NCBI GenBank assembly: GCA_963720715.1
Contig: CAVRGM010000001.1
Span: 419,429 to 483,428 of the forward strand
Direction: 5' to 3'
DNA: 64,000 nucleotides
From: an uncultured Chloroflexia bacterium
Lineage (GTDB): Bacteria; Chloroflexota; Limnocylindria; Limnocylindrales; CSP1-4
Shown here: piece after piece, positions 37,082-46,051 of the stretch
Numbering within the stretch: the first letter of the stretch is position 1
Layout: every line of letters starts with the position of its first letter
The notes under the pieces: generated by a model
What the model saw: only the letters and a program-made list of their open reading frames with translations
The model's database searches: none
Told to the model about the DNA's origin: nothing
Position numbers and translations under genes: made by a program

Positions 37082-37585
37082 TCAGTCGCGCCAGATGCCT
37101 TCGTAGGAGCGGCCAAGGTCGGCCTCGGTCGTCGTGGCCAGGACTGAGCCCGTCCAGGAACGCCAGCGGATGGGCGTGAGCTCGAGGGCGACGTCGTCGA
37201 AGCGACCCCACGCGGCATCGAGCGCCTCGATGGCGTCGGGGACGACGTACTTCGCCCGGATCCGGTGATTCACGTCGTGCGCCTCGGGCAGGGCGATGAG
37301 CCGAGCGGTCCCTTCCGCTTCGACCATCAGACTCCGCCCGGTAGACGCCGTGCCCTGGACGAGGATCGATGCGGTCCCGCGCGCGGCGATGTTGCGGGCC
37401 TTGCGCGTCGATGAGGCGGTCTCGAGCAGGAATCGGCCGGATTCGTGCAGGAACAGCAGGTACGTCAGGTGGATCGACCCGTCATCGTTGAGCGTGCCGA
37501 GCGCGCCGGTGAGTCGCTGGTCGAGGACATCGTCGATCTCGGCCTGGGTCGGGTGCGCCTGGTAGATCTGGTCGGCCGTCGGCAT
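37082..37585 (-). CDS. PPOX-class (pyridoxamine 5'-phosphate oxidase-like, possibly F420-dependent) protein
   Basis: ...GALGTLNDDGSIHLTYLLFLHESGRFLLETASSTRKARNIAARGTASILV... Start at MPTADQ (37585) avoids overlapping the divergent gene. Confidence 0.75.
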   Translation of the reverse strand: MPTADQIYQAHPTQAEIDDVLDQRLTGALGTLNDDGSIHLTYLLFLHESGRFLLETASSTRKARNIAARGTASILVQGTASTGRSLMVEAEGTARLIALPEAHDVNHRIRAKYVVPDAIEALDAAWGRFDDVALELTPIRWRSWTGSVLATTTEADLGRSYEGIWRD

Positions 37586-37618
37586 CGTCTTCCCGACCAC
37601 TGTACGGCCGCCGGCAAG

Positions 37619-37624
37619 TAGGAT
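37619..37624 (+). promoter_or_regulatory. -10-like hexamer TAGGAT, 7 nt before ATG 37632
   Basis: The hexamer overlaps the first in-frame ATG (37623), which favours 37632 as a leaderless start. Confidence 0.4.
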
Positions 37625-37631
37625 GGCGTCC

Positions 37632-39140
37632 ATGACCGAGACGACCCTGGATCCACCGACGTTCCGCCACTACATCGCGGGAGAGTGGTGCGAGTCGACG
37701 TCCGGTGCGACATTCGACAGTCTCGACCCGGCGGACACGCGAAACGTCATCGGGCGCTTCCAGCAGGGGACGAAGGCCGACGTGGCGATGGCCGTGCGGG
37801 CGGCCGAGACCGCATTCCCGATGTGGCGTCGGACGCCCGCGCCCAAACGTGGCGAGATCCTGTACTCGTTCGGGGCGCTCCTCGCCGAGCACAAGGAACG
37901 ACTTGCCCAGGCGATGACCCGAGAGATGGGCAAGGTCATCGCCGAAGCGCGCGGTGACGTCCAGGAAGCGATCGACATCGCGTACCTGATGGCCGGTGAA
38001 GGCCGGCGGATGGCCGGTGACACGGTGCCGTCCGAGCTCCCCGACAAGTGGGCGATGAGCATCCGCCAACCGCTCGGGGTGGTTGGCATCATCACGCCCT
38101 GGAACTTTCCGATGGCCATCCCATCCTGGAAGACCATGCCCGCCCTCGTGACCGGGAACACCGTTGTGTTCAAGCCCTCGTCCGACACGCCGCTCTGCGC
38201 CACGCTGCTCGTGGAATTGATGGCCGAGGCCGGGTTCCCGGCCGGGGTCGTGAACCTCGTCACCGGGTCCGGGGCCGAAGTCGGCGATGCGATCGTGGAC
38301 AGCCCGGATGTGGCCGTCATCTCGTTCACAGGCTCCTCCACGACCGGCAAACACATCGCGGCACGCGCCGGCCGTCGGCTCAAGCGGGTCTCGCTCGAAC
38401 TCGGTGGCAAGAACGGGGTCGTGGTGCTGGGCGATGCGGACCTCGATCTCGCCACGGACGGCATCCTATGGTCGGCGTTCGGGACGACCGGACAGCGCTG
38501 CACCGCGGCGTCGAGGGTCATCGTCGACCGGTCCGTGGTCGGTGCGCTGCTCGAACGGCTCGAAGCACGGACCAAACGACTCCGACTCGGGTCCGGGCTC
38601 GATCCGGCCATCGATGTCGGCCCGCTCATCAATGCCGCGGCGCTGGAGAAGGTTGCCGGCTACGTCGAGATCGGTCGCGGCGAGGGCGACCTGATCACCG
38701 GCGGGCAGGCGGTCACGGACGGCGGACTGGCTCACGGTCACTTCTTCGAGCCCACGATCTTCAGTGACGTCGGGGCGATGGATCGGATCGGGCAGGAGGA
38801 GATCTTCGGGCCGGTCCTGTCGGTCATCCCGGTCGATGGCTACGGGCCGGCGATGCTGGCCCTCAACCAGACCCGGTACGGGCTTTCGTCGAGCATCTTC
38901 ACCAGGGATGTGAATGTCGCGTTCCGGGCGATGCGCGACTTCGAGACCGGCATCGTGTACGTCAATGCCGGGACGACCGGCGCGGAGGTCCACCTGCCGT
39001 TCGGCGGCTGGAAGGAGACCGGCAACGGCCACCGCGAGGCCGGCCACGTCGCTCTCGATACGTATACGGAATGGAAGTCGATCTACATCGACTTCAGCGG
39101 ACGCCTCCAGCGCGCCCAGATCGACAATCAGCCCGACTGA
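37632..39140 (+). CDS. NAD(P)-dependent aldehyde dehydrogenase
   Basis: ...ITPWNFP...FKPSSDTP...FTGSSTTG...LELGGKN...GQRCTAASR (catalytic Cys)...EEIFGPV. Alternative start at 37623. Confidence 0.9.
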   Translation: MTETTLDPPTFRHYIAGEWCESTSGATFDSLDPADTRNVIGRFQQGTKADVAMAVRAAETAFPMWRRTPAPKRGEILYSFGALLAEHKERLAQAMTREMGKVIAEARGDVQEAIDIAYLMAGEGRRMAGDTVPSELPDKWAMSIRQPLGVVGIITPWNFPMAIPSWKTMPALVTGNTVVFKPSSDTPLCATLLVELMAEAGFPAGVVNLVTGSGAEVGDAIVDSPDVAVISFTGSSTTGKHIAARAGRRLKRVSLELGGKNGVVVLGDADLDLATDGILWSAFGTTGQRCTAASRVIVDRSVVGALLERLEARTKRLRLGSGLDPAIDVGPLINAAALEKVAGYVEIGRGEGDLITGGQAVTDGGLAHGHFFEPTIFSDVGAMDRIGQEEIFGPVLSVIPVDGYGPAMLALNQTRYGLSSSIFTRDVNVAFRAMRDFETGIVYVNAGTTGAEVHLPFGGWKETGNGHREAGHVALDTYTEWKSIYIDFSGRLQRAQIDNQPD

Positions 39141-40876
39141 CCGTCCGTCGAAGCGGGATCGGCCCGATCGGTCCGGCCCGACGCCTGACTCGAGGCCAGG
39201 TCGAGGAGCTGGGCGAGACCCGCCCGGGTCGCGGCGACCACGACCTCTTCGCCGGCGTCCATCCGCTCGTCATCTGGAAAGTCCCATCGCGCCGCCTCGG
39301 AGCCCGGGTCCGCGACGGCGAGGATCCGCAGTGCTCCGACCGTCCCGAGCGACGACGCGAGCCGACCCTCGAGGCGAGATCCCTCCGGGACCCGAAGCCG
39401 CGCGAACAGGACCACTCGTCGGTCACCGACCGGGACCGTGGCGATGACCTCCGACCCAACAGCCGCGGCCGCGAACGCCGGGGCCGCCAGGTGCGAAACG
39501 CTGCGCGTGAACCTGATCCCGAAGCCGCGCTGCACGCGCAACGCGAATTCGGGATCGAACAATCGGACGACGACCCGCAGGTCTGGTCGCAGCTTCCGGG
39601 CGTTGAGGGCGGTCGACAGGTTGACCAGGTCGTCGCTGGTGGCCGCGATCAGCGCCCGCGCCGATTCCAGGTGGAGCTCGCCCAGGACGTCGTGGTTGCG
39701 CGCGTCGCCGATGTAGACGGGGATCCCCGCGGCCCGCGTGGCCGAGATGAATCGACCCTCCTCGCTGACTTCGACGACCACGACCGGCACGTCCCGGGCA
39801 GCCAGGCCGAGCGCGACCCGATAGCCGATCGATCCCAGGCCAGCCACGATGACATGGTCGTGGATCCGGCCCGGGACGGTCCTTCGACCAAGCGTTTGGA
39901 GCAGCCGTGAGCGGATCAACGCGTCAGTGATGAAGGCGTACACGATGGCCACGATGGCCGCCCCGACCAGGCTCAGGAAGATGGCGTAGACGCGAAGCGC
40001 CCCATTGCTGGCAGCGCCCTGGATGTCGGCGGGTAACGAGGCGCCGGTCAGCAGGGTGATCGCGTACGACACGGCATCGAGCGGGGTCAACCCGGCGACA
40101 AGGTCGAAGAACAGCGCCGAGCCGACGGCCAGGACGAAGAGGATCGTCGCGAAGCGGAGCAGGCGCTCCTCGGGCGCGTGGATCCGCGAACGGACGCCGC
40201 CGATGAACCCGCCGAGTGAACCCGGCCCCGTCGTCGCCTGCGGCCTGGTCATCGGGGTCGTAGACGCGGCCGAGGTGTCGTTGGGATCGCGCACGTCGAC
40301 GAGGATCAGCCCCGATTCGTCTGGTTCGGCATCGGGCAGCAGGTCGACCGAGCGGTCCGGATCGAGCCGGGCGATCGGGATGGAGCGATCAGACCGGGCG
40401 GGGTCCGACGATTGGCGTGAAGAGACCAACCGGCCGGCCAGCGGGAACGTCACGCCCGTCTCGCCGTCGAGCGCGGCAGAAACGAACCCCGGGGCCGCGA
40501 GGGCCGACGAAGACAGCGCGACGGCGTCGGGGAAGAGATCCGGGATGTGGGCCCCCAGTTCCTGGTCGAACATCCGGATCACGACCCGGATCGTGGGGTT
40601 CCGCTCGGTCGCGACGAGGGCCGCGTTCAGGTTGGCCAGGTCGTCGTTGCTGGTGAGGACGATCACCCCGGCATGCTCCACACCGGCCTCGACGAGGGTC
40701 CGTGGAACGCGCTGATCGCCGACCACGAGGCGGACGCCGATGGACTCGAGCGACTCTGCCGGGTCGGCGTTCGGACCGACGGCGACGACGACTTCGTCCC
40801 TGAGCCGCAGCTGGTCGATGGTCCGCAGGCCGAGGTGTTCAAGCCCGCACACGATCACATGGCCGGTCGACAGCAT
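39128..40876 (-). CDS. ion-channel protein with RCK(TrkA-N) - 2TM pore - RCK(TrkA-N) architecture
   Basis: N-terminal HVIVCGLEHLG...; central TM-pore-TM (LRFATILFVLAVGSALFF...DAVSYAITLLTGASLP...VYAIFLSLVGAAIVAIVYAF); second RCK HVIVAGLGSIGYRV... Confidence 0.75.
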   Translation of the reverse strand: MLSTGHVIVCGLEHLGLRTIDQLRLRDEVVVAVGPNADPAESLESIGVRLVVGDQRVPRTLVEAGVEHAGVIVLTSNDDLANLNAALVATERNPTIRVVIRMFDQELGAHIPDLFPDAVALSSSALAAPGFVSAALDGETGVTFPLAGRLVSSRQSSDPARSDRSIPIARLDPDRSVDLLPDAEPDESGLILVDVRDPNDTSAASTTPMTRPQATTGPGSLGGFIGGVRSRIHAPEERLLRFATILFVLAVGSALFFDLVAGLTPLDAVSYAITLLTGASLPADIQGAASNGALRVYAIFLSLVGAAIVAIVYAFITDALIRSRLLQTLGRRTVPGRIHDHVIVAGLGSIGYRVALGLAARDVPVVVVEVSEEGRFISATRAAGIPVYIGDARNHDVLGELHLESARALIAATSDDLVNLSTALNARKLRPDLRVVVRLFDPEFALRVQRGFGIRFTRSVSHLAAPAFAAAAVGSEVIATVPVGDRRVVLFARLRVPEGSRLEGRLASSLGTVGALRILAVADPGSEAARWDFPDDERMDAGEEVVVAATRAGLAQLLDLASSQASGRTDRADPASTDGQSG

Positions 40877-40882
40877 CGACCG

Positions 40883-40888
40883 AGTCTA
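40883..40888 (-). promoter_or_regulatory. -10-like hexamer TAGACT, 6 nt before ATG 40876
   Basis: TANNNT at fixed spacing on the minus strand. Confidence 0.4.
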
Positions 40889-40941
40889 CGAGGTGCCAGC
40901 CGACCGCGACGGCCGGTCTTGCGGTATCATCCCGGCCTCGT

Positions 40942-41016
<75 letters not shown>

Positions 41017-41075
41017 TCCAATCCTCGCACGAGCTGACCTGCGGGACTGGACGCTTCAGTCGGACGTAGTCGACG

Positions 41076-41978
41076 TCAGGCCTCGGTCGTCACCGGCAGG
41101 ATGAGCAGGTACCCGGGCGGCACGTCGAGTTTCACGCGCGATGTACCGTCACGGAAGACGAATTGCCTGCCGAGTCTGGCCGGGGAGATCAAGCTGTTCG
41201 GCTTCGGACTGTGGCCCCAGACGGAGCTTCCGTGCGGATAGAGCGGGTCCAGGACACGGATGCCCGTCACATCGACCGCGTCGAACGCACCAGGATCGGC
41301 GGTCGACTCGAAGCCGGTCATGACCCAGGCATGCCGGCCGGCCCACATGACGAGACCGACCGGTCGCTCGGTGGTCCGGATCGCCCTGGCCGCGACGGCC
41401 ACGGCCTCGTCGAGCGTGGGCAACGACACGAGTCGATATGGGCCGATCCCGAGTTCGTTGAGGGTGGCGATCCATCCGCGCGGGTTCGCGCCCCCATATG
41501 GGCTGAGGCTCGTGTCGCGGGCCATCTCCCACAACCGCTTTTGGTCGGCGCGACTCGTTCGTGATCTGTCTGTCGCGATGTTGACGGCCATCTGCAGACT
41601 CGCCCCGACGCACCATTCGAACGTGTACTGGCGGACGAAATCACCTTTGCGGTAGAGGTTCATCGCGAACGGCTCGGGCGCGGCTTCCGCCACAGCAGCG
41701 ACGTCCGACGTGACGGCGGGGGCCCCGACGGGCTCGAGTGTCGCCGGGTTTGCGGGCTCGACCGTGGCGACCGGACCCGACTCACCCGTCGTGTCGCCTA
41801 CCTCCGCCGCCGCTCGCGGCGCACTCGACGTCGGGGCTGCGCTGATGAACCCGCTGTCCGCCCCGGTCGAGCCAGACGCCCCATCGCGGCCACCTTGCAT
41901 GCAGCCCGCCGCGGCGACGGCCACCAAGACGAGCATCACGAGCTGGCGATGGCCGAAGGGAAGCTCGCGGCTGATCAT
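41076..41978 (-). CDS. putative lipoprotein with C39/papain-like cysteine peptidase-like domain
   Basis: MISRELPFGHRQLVMLVLVAVAAAGC (lipobox); low-complexity linker; candidate Cys (YTFEWCVGASLQMA) and His (WAGRHAWVMTGF). Confidence 0.6.
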   Translation of the reverse strand: MISRELPFGHRQLVMLVLVAVAAAGCMQGGRDGASGSTGADSGFISAAPTSSAPRAAAEVGDTTGESGPVATVEPANPATLEPVGAPAVTSDVAAVAEAAPEPFAMNLYRKGDFVRQYTFEWCVGASLQMAVNIATDRSRTSRADQKRLWEMARDTSLSPYGGANPRGWIATLNELGIGPYRLVSLPTLDEAVAVAARAIRTTERPVGLVMWAGRHAWVMTGFESTADPGAFDAVDVTGIRVLDPLYPHGSSVWGHSPKPNSLISPARLGRQFVFRDGTSRVKLDVPPGYLLILPVTTEA

Positions 41979-42050
41979 GAGCTGGGCCAGAGTATCAGGG
42001 CCCTGCGAATACCGGTTAGGTGACACGACTGGGGCCCGACCCTTGTCACC

Positions 42051-42082
42051 GGTTGACGCTTCGAATCCTTCGGGGCCTACCA
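42051..42082 (+). other. degenerate copy of the 3' half of tRNA-Lys (variable loop, T arm, acceptor, CCA)
   Basis: Ungapped 35-nt alignment of 42051..42085 with 40985..41019 gives 26/35 identities, including ttcgaatcc (T-loop-like) and a terminal acca. Confidence 0.55.
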
Positions 42083-42096
42083 GCCACGTGACATGA

Positions 42097-42129
42097 CAAG
42101 ACCCCGGACCGATCGGAGCCGGGGTCTTG
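42097..42129 (-). terminator. candidate terminator of the META-domain gene
   Basis: Perfect 11-bp stem caagaccccgg/ccggggtcttg with an 11-nt loop, 25 nt downstream (minus strand) of the stop at 42154. Confidence 0.45.
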
Positions 42130-42153
42130 CAGCGTCTGGCGTCGTGGACGCGC

Positions 42154-42567
42154 TTACTTGAACTGGAGTGTGCCGCCATCGGTCAGGGTGATGGTCAGCT
42201 GGCCATCGGCGATCGCGTAGCTCGCCGCGTTCCCGAGACCCGCCACATATTGCGGCGCCAGGGAATCGTCGGGGCACGCGGCCAGGGTGGACGGGCCGAG
42301 CACGATGGTCAGATCGTTCGACGATGTCGTCGTATAGGTCCCGCTCAGGTTATTGCAGTCGGCCTTGGCATTGAACGTGCCGTCCGAGTTGAACTCGATG
42401 GTGTAGTTCGCCTGCTGGTCGGCAGGCACGACGCCCTGGAATGCCGGGACCTGCTCGGTGATGGCCGTCAGCTGCCAGCTCTTGCCGGTCAGGTTGCTGC
42501 CACCGGAACAGGCTGCGACCAGGATGACGGCCGCGATGCCGAGCGCGATGAGCGTGACTTTCTTCAT
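42154..42567 (-). CDS. META-domain (HslJ-like) lipoprotein
   Basis: MKKVTLIALGIAAVILVAAC (lipobox) ...LTGKSWQLTAI...YTIEFNSDGTFNAKADCNNLSGTY... Confidence 0.8.
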   Translation of the reverse strand: MKKVTLIALGIAAVILVAACSGGSNLTGKSWQLTAITEQVPAFQGVVPADQQANYTIEFNSDGTFNAKADCNNLSGTYTTTSSNDLTIVLGPSTLAACPDDSLAPQYVAGLGNAASYAIADGQLTITLTDGGTLQFK

Positions 42568-42711
42568 TGGATCCCCCAAGTCGATGCGAATGGATGGCGA
42601 TGGGTCCGCCGCCAGCGCGGATTGTACGGGTCGGCAGCGAGTCGCGTCGCCGACCCGAGCCACGGCGCCTGGCGAGTCCGTCATGCCAGCTGTCGCGGCT
42701 CATCCGACTGC

Positions 42712-42717
42712 TACCGT
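42712..42717 (+). promoter_or_regulatory. -10-like hexamer TACCGT, 7 nt before ATG 42725
   Basis: TANNNT at fixed spacing. Confidence 0.4.
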
Positions 42718-42724
42718 GACATCG

Positions 42725-44743
42725 ATGCCGCCGAAGATCTCCGTCGTCGTTCCCGTGTTCGATCCTGGACGCTACATCGAGCCGAATATCGACTCGCTGC
42801 TCCGCCAGTCGCTGGCATCAGACGAGTACGAGGTGATCTACGTCGACGACGGGTCCACAGATGGGACGGGTGATCGACTCGATGTCCTGGCCCGCGAGCA
42901 CCGGCAGGTTCGCGTCATCCACATCCCGAACTCCGGCTGGCCGGGGCGCCCCAGGAACATCGGCATCGCGGAAGCTCGGGGCGAATACATCCAGTTGATG
43001 GATCAGGACGACCGCCTGGGCCGGGAGGCCCTGGAGCGCCTGTCCGCGACCGGTCGCCTCAACCGGGCCGACATCGTGATCGGCAAGGTCACGAGTGACT
43101 TCCGGCCCGTGCCCCATGTCGTGTTCCGAAAGAATCGTGCCGTTTGTACCATCGAAGACGCACCGTTGATCCAGAGCCTGACGATCCACAAATGCTTTCG
43201 CACAGCGTTCCTCCGCGACGATGCGATCAGGTTCCCGGAAGGCCCGTGGATCCTCGAGGATCAGCGGTTCATGGTCGAGGCGTACCTCCGTGCTCGGGTC
43301 GTATCGATCCTGGGCGACTATCCCAGCTACTTCTACATGGGCCGGGATGATGGCGGTAACGCCTATACGTCGCGATTCGAGGCGGGGCCGTACTTTGCGA
43401 ATGTCGGCACGATCATGGATCTGGTCGTGGCAGAAACCGCGCCCGGGGCCGTGCGCGACAGCCTGCTCCTGCGTCTCTATCGATCCGAGGTCATCGGGCG
43501 CCTGACGGAACCGGTGTATCTCCAGCACCCGCGGGATCGTCGTCGACAGATCTTTGACGCGGCACGTCATGTCGCGGTCGAACAGGTCCCCGATCGCATA
43601 CACGAGACCCTCAGCCCGATAGCGCGAACCCGCTCAGCGATGTTGCGGGCGGATCGGAAAGACGATCTGCTGGGACTCGCCGAGCATCTGGATGCGATCG
43701 GGGCGGCATACCGGGTGACAGCCGTCCGATGGCGACGGGACAAGCTCAGGATCTCGATCACGGCCGGTTTCGTCGATCCGCGGGGCGAGCCGGCACTGGC
43801 GATCGACCGACGCGGAGATCGTTCCTTCCTTGATCCATCTGTTGCTCTGCCCGGCGGCGAGGAGATCGATGTGACCGATCACCTCTTGGCGCCACGGCTC
43901 GGGATCTCCCTCCGCGAGCCGGCGTCGGCGATCGAGTGGATCGCTCCCACGCGCACCACGGTCGCGTACGGTGGGGACGCGCCGGGCCAGGCGGTCGCAG
44001 GACGTGTCTGGCCGTCGCTCCAGGGTCGGGTCACCGTGGATCCAGTCGCCGTCGCCTGCGGCGGACCCCTCGCGCCTGGGCGATGGGACTTCGTGGTCCA
44101 GGTGTTCGCGTTCGGACTGAGCCGGACCGGAAGACCGGTCGCTGGCGGGGCGCCAGCCGCGCCGACAGGCGCGGTGGACGGCCAGGGACGGGTCATGCTG
44201 GCGATAGACCACGGGTCAAAGGGCCTCACGTTGCAGGTGGATGCCGGACCAGCCGACCTTGCAGCGATGCTCCGGTTGCGTCCGCTCCGCGTGGACCCGA
44301 CCGATGGCCGGCGCGTGCGGGTCCACCTGCCGGTTCGTTGTCGGTCTGATTCGGCAGTTCGCACGGTGTGGTTGATCCTCGAGACGGCCTCCACGACGCA
44401 GGCCGTGCCCGCGATCCTTGGACCAGGAGGTCCCCGCCTCGATCACCTTGTCGTGAGCGGGCGCCTTCTTCCCCGTTCGCCGATGCCCCCCACCGGTGAT
44501 GGCTCGATCGCGCTTCGCCTCGGGGCGGACCCAGGATCCGATGTTCGCATCGCTGGCGCGACGTTCGATGGATCTGGTCGCGTCCGCATCCAGGGTGTTC
44601 GCCGAGTCACGAGCGCCTCGATACTCCTGGAAGATGTCGTCGTTCGATTGAAGCGTGTCCGGCGGCGTGTGGTGAGACGCCTTCGACCGACCCGCCGCGG
44701 GCGGACCGGGGGCACGAAGCAGTCCGGTCGCGTGCTACCCTGA
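42725..44743 (+). CDS. family 2 glycosyltransferase with about 430-aa uncharacterised C-terminal extension
   Basis: MPPKISVVVPVFDPGRYIEPNIDSLLRQS...VIYVDDGSTDGT...LMDQDD (DxD)... The remaining two-thirds has no motif I recognise. Alternative ATG at 42683. Confidence 0.8.
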   Translation: MPPKISVVVPVFDPGRYIEPNIDSLLRQSLASDEYEVIYVDDGSTDGTGDRLDVLAREHRQVRVIHIPNSGWPGRPRNIGIAEARGEYIQLMDQDDRLGREALERLSATGRLNRADIVIGKVTSDFRPVPHVVFRKNRAVCTIEDAPLIQSLTIHKCFRTAFLRDDAIRFPEGPWILEDQRFMVEAYLRARVVSILGDYPSYFYMGRDDGGNAYTSRFEAGPYFANVGTIMDLVVAETAPGAVRDSLLLRLYRSEVIGRLTEPVYLQHPRDRRRQIFDAARHVAVEQVPDRIHETLSPIARTRSAMLRADRKDDLLGLAEHLDAIGAAYRVTAVRWRRDKLRISITAGFVDPRGEPALAIDRRGDRSFLDPSVALPGGEEIDVTDHLLAPRLGISLREPASAIEWIAPTRTTVAYGGDAPGQAVAGRVWPSLQGRVTVDPVAVACGGPLAPGRWDFVVQVFAFGLSRTGRPVAGGAPAAPTGAVDGQGRVMLAIDHGSKGLTLQVDAGPADLAAMLRLRPLRVDPTDGRRVRVHLPVRCRSDSAVRTVWLILETASTTQAVPAILGPGGPRLDHLVVSGRLLPRSPMPPTGDGSIALRLGADPGSDVRIAGATFDGSGRVRIQGVRRVTSASILLEDVVVRLKRVRRRVVRRLRPTRRGRTGGTKQSGRVLP

Positions 44744-44759
44744 GGCAGTCCTTTCATGG

Positions 44760-44796
44760 CCGGTCCTGTGAGGCTGGCGTACCGGTCCCGTGAGGC
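44760..44796 (+). promoter_or_regulatory. two direct repeats CCGGTCC(T/C)GTGAGGC resembling PyrR-binding-loop RNA motifs, in the carAB leader
   Basis: Box 1 at 44760..44774, box 2 at 44782..44796. Each can form a short ccgg/c(t/c)gg stem around the loop UCC(U/C)GUGAGG. Box 2 ends 4 nt before the SD GAAGGAGG. Confidence 0.35.
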
Positions 44797-44813
44797 CGGC
44801 GAAGGAGGCATCG

Positions 44814-44882
44814 ATGTCTGCGCACGCGTCCGCCCACCGAGCCATCGCGGCCGGTGGGTTCGTCATGTCAGAGGTGGCGTGA
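44814..44882 (+). CDS. 22-codon upstream ORF (candidate leader peptide) overlapping the carA start
   Basis: GAAGGAGG (44801..44808) + 5 nt + ATG. Encodes MSAHASAHRAIAAGGFVMSEVA. Its TGA (44880..44882) overlaps the carA GTG (44879..44881). Confidence 0.3.
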   Translation: MSAHASAHRAIAAGGFVMSEVA

Positions 44883-46051
44883 TCGTCCGACTCGTACCGC
44901 CGGCCCCGCGCAGCGCCGCCGTCGTCGATCCGCGGATCGGCGACCTGGGACCGGCGCTCCTGGCGCTGGAGGACGGTACGGTGTTCGCCGGGGTCGCCTT
45001 CGGGGCACCGGTCGCGGCTGGTGGCGACCTGGTCGTCAACACCAGCCAGACCGGCTACCAGGAGGTCTGTACCGACCCGTCCTATGCCGGCCAGGTCGTG
45101 GTCATGACCTACCCGCTCATCGGCAACTACGGCCGACTCGTCGACGACGACCAATCGATCCGACCGTGGCTTCGGGCACTCGTCGTCGCTCATGCCACGG
45201 CCGCCGTCCTGGACGATGCCCGGCAACTCGCTTCGCTCCTTCGGGCCGACGCCATCCCCGCGCTCGCCGGAGTCGATACCCGAGCGCTGGCCCGACACCT
45301 GCGCGCGAATGGCAGCCTCCGTGGGGTCGTGACCAAGCCGGGCGATGTCGACCCGCTTGCCGCCGTCGCGGCGGCCCGTGCGGTGCCGCGCTGGGAGGAC
45401 CAGGATTTCGTCGGCGCAGTCTCGCCACCGACCCTCACGGACCATCCGGCCGCGGATGACGCAGCGCCTCGGATCGCGATCGTCGACCTCGGCCTGAAGA
45501 GCAACATCGTCCGTGCCATGCGCTACCGGGGCGTCGCCGTCCGGGTCCTGCCTCACACGGTCCGGGCTGCCGACATCCTGAGCTCGGACATCGACGGCAT
45601 CATCCTGTCGCCCGGACCCGGCGACCCGGCGCGGCTGGAAGCACAGGTCGACCTGGCGCGGGCGGTCATCGACGACGGACGACCGCTGCTCGGCATCTGC
45701 CTGGGTCACCAGATCGTCGGTCGGGCGGCGGGTGCAGACACCAGCCGGCTCAGGTTCGGACATCACGGCGCGAACCACCCGGTCCAGGACCTCGAACTCG
45801 GCCTGGTCCAGGTCACCGCCCAGAACCACGAGGTCCAGGTCGTGGGCGCCTCCCTACCGGCACGGTCCGGTTTCGCGGTCAGCCAGGTCAATCTCAACGA
45901 TGGATCGGTCGAGGGGCTGCGCCACCGCGAGAAGCCGATCGAGACGGTCCAATACCACCCGGAAGGTGCACCGGGCCCGCTTGACGCCCTTGCCGTCTTC
46001 GACCGCTTCGTGGCGGCCACGGCCGTTCGGCGTTCTGGAGGGATCGCATGA
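44879..46051 (+). CDS. carA: carbamoyl-phosphate synthase small (glutaminase) subunit
   Basis: ...ALLALEDGTVFAGVAFGA...VVNTSQTGYQEVCTDPSYAGQVVVMTYPLIGNYG...LLGICLGHQ (active Cys)...HHGANHPV...QYHPE. GTG 44879 is the closest start upstream of the conserved N-terminus; ATG 44756 is the ORF-track alternative. Confidence 0.85.
   Translation: MIVRLVPPAPRSAAVVDPRIGDLGPALLALEDGTVFAGVAFGAPVAAGGDLVVNTSQTGYQEVCTDPSYAGQVVVMTYPLIGNYGRLVDDDQSIRPWLRALVVAHATAAVLDDARQLASLLRADAIPALAGVDTRALARHLRANGSLRGVVTKPGDVDPLAAVAAARAVPRWEDQDFVGAVSPPTLTDHPAADDAAPRIAIVDLGLKSNIVRAMRYRGVAVRVLPHTVRAADILSSDIDGIILSPGPGDPARLEAQVDLARAVIDDGRPLLGICLGHQIVGRAAGADTSRLRFGHHGANHPVQDLELGLVQVTAQNHEVQVVGASLPARSGFAVSQVNLNDGSVEGLRHREKPIETVQYHPEGAPGPLDALAVFDRFVAATAVRRSGGIA

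Noticed and set aside
44756-44878. ATG 44756 (ORF-track start) as the carA start.
   Set aside because: It would add 41 Arg-rich residues that span the repeat boxes and the strong SD/ATG of the other frame. Conserved CarA sequence begins only near 44950.
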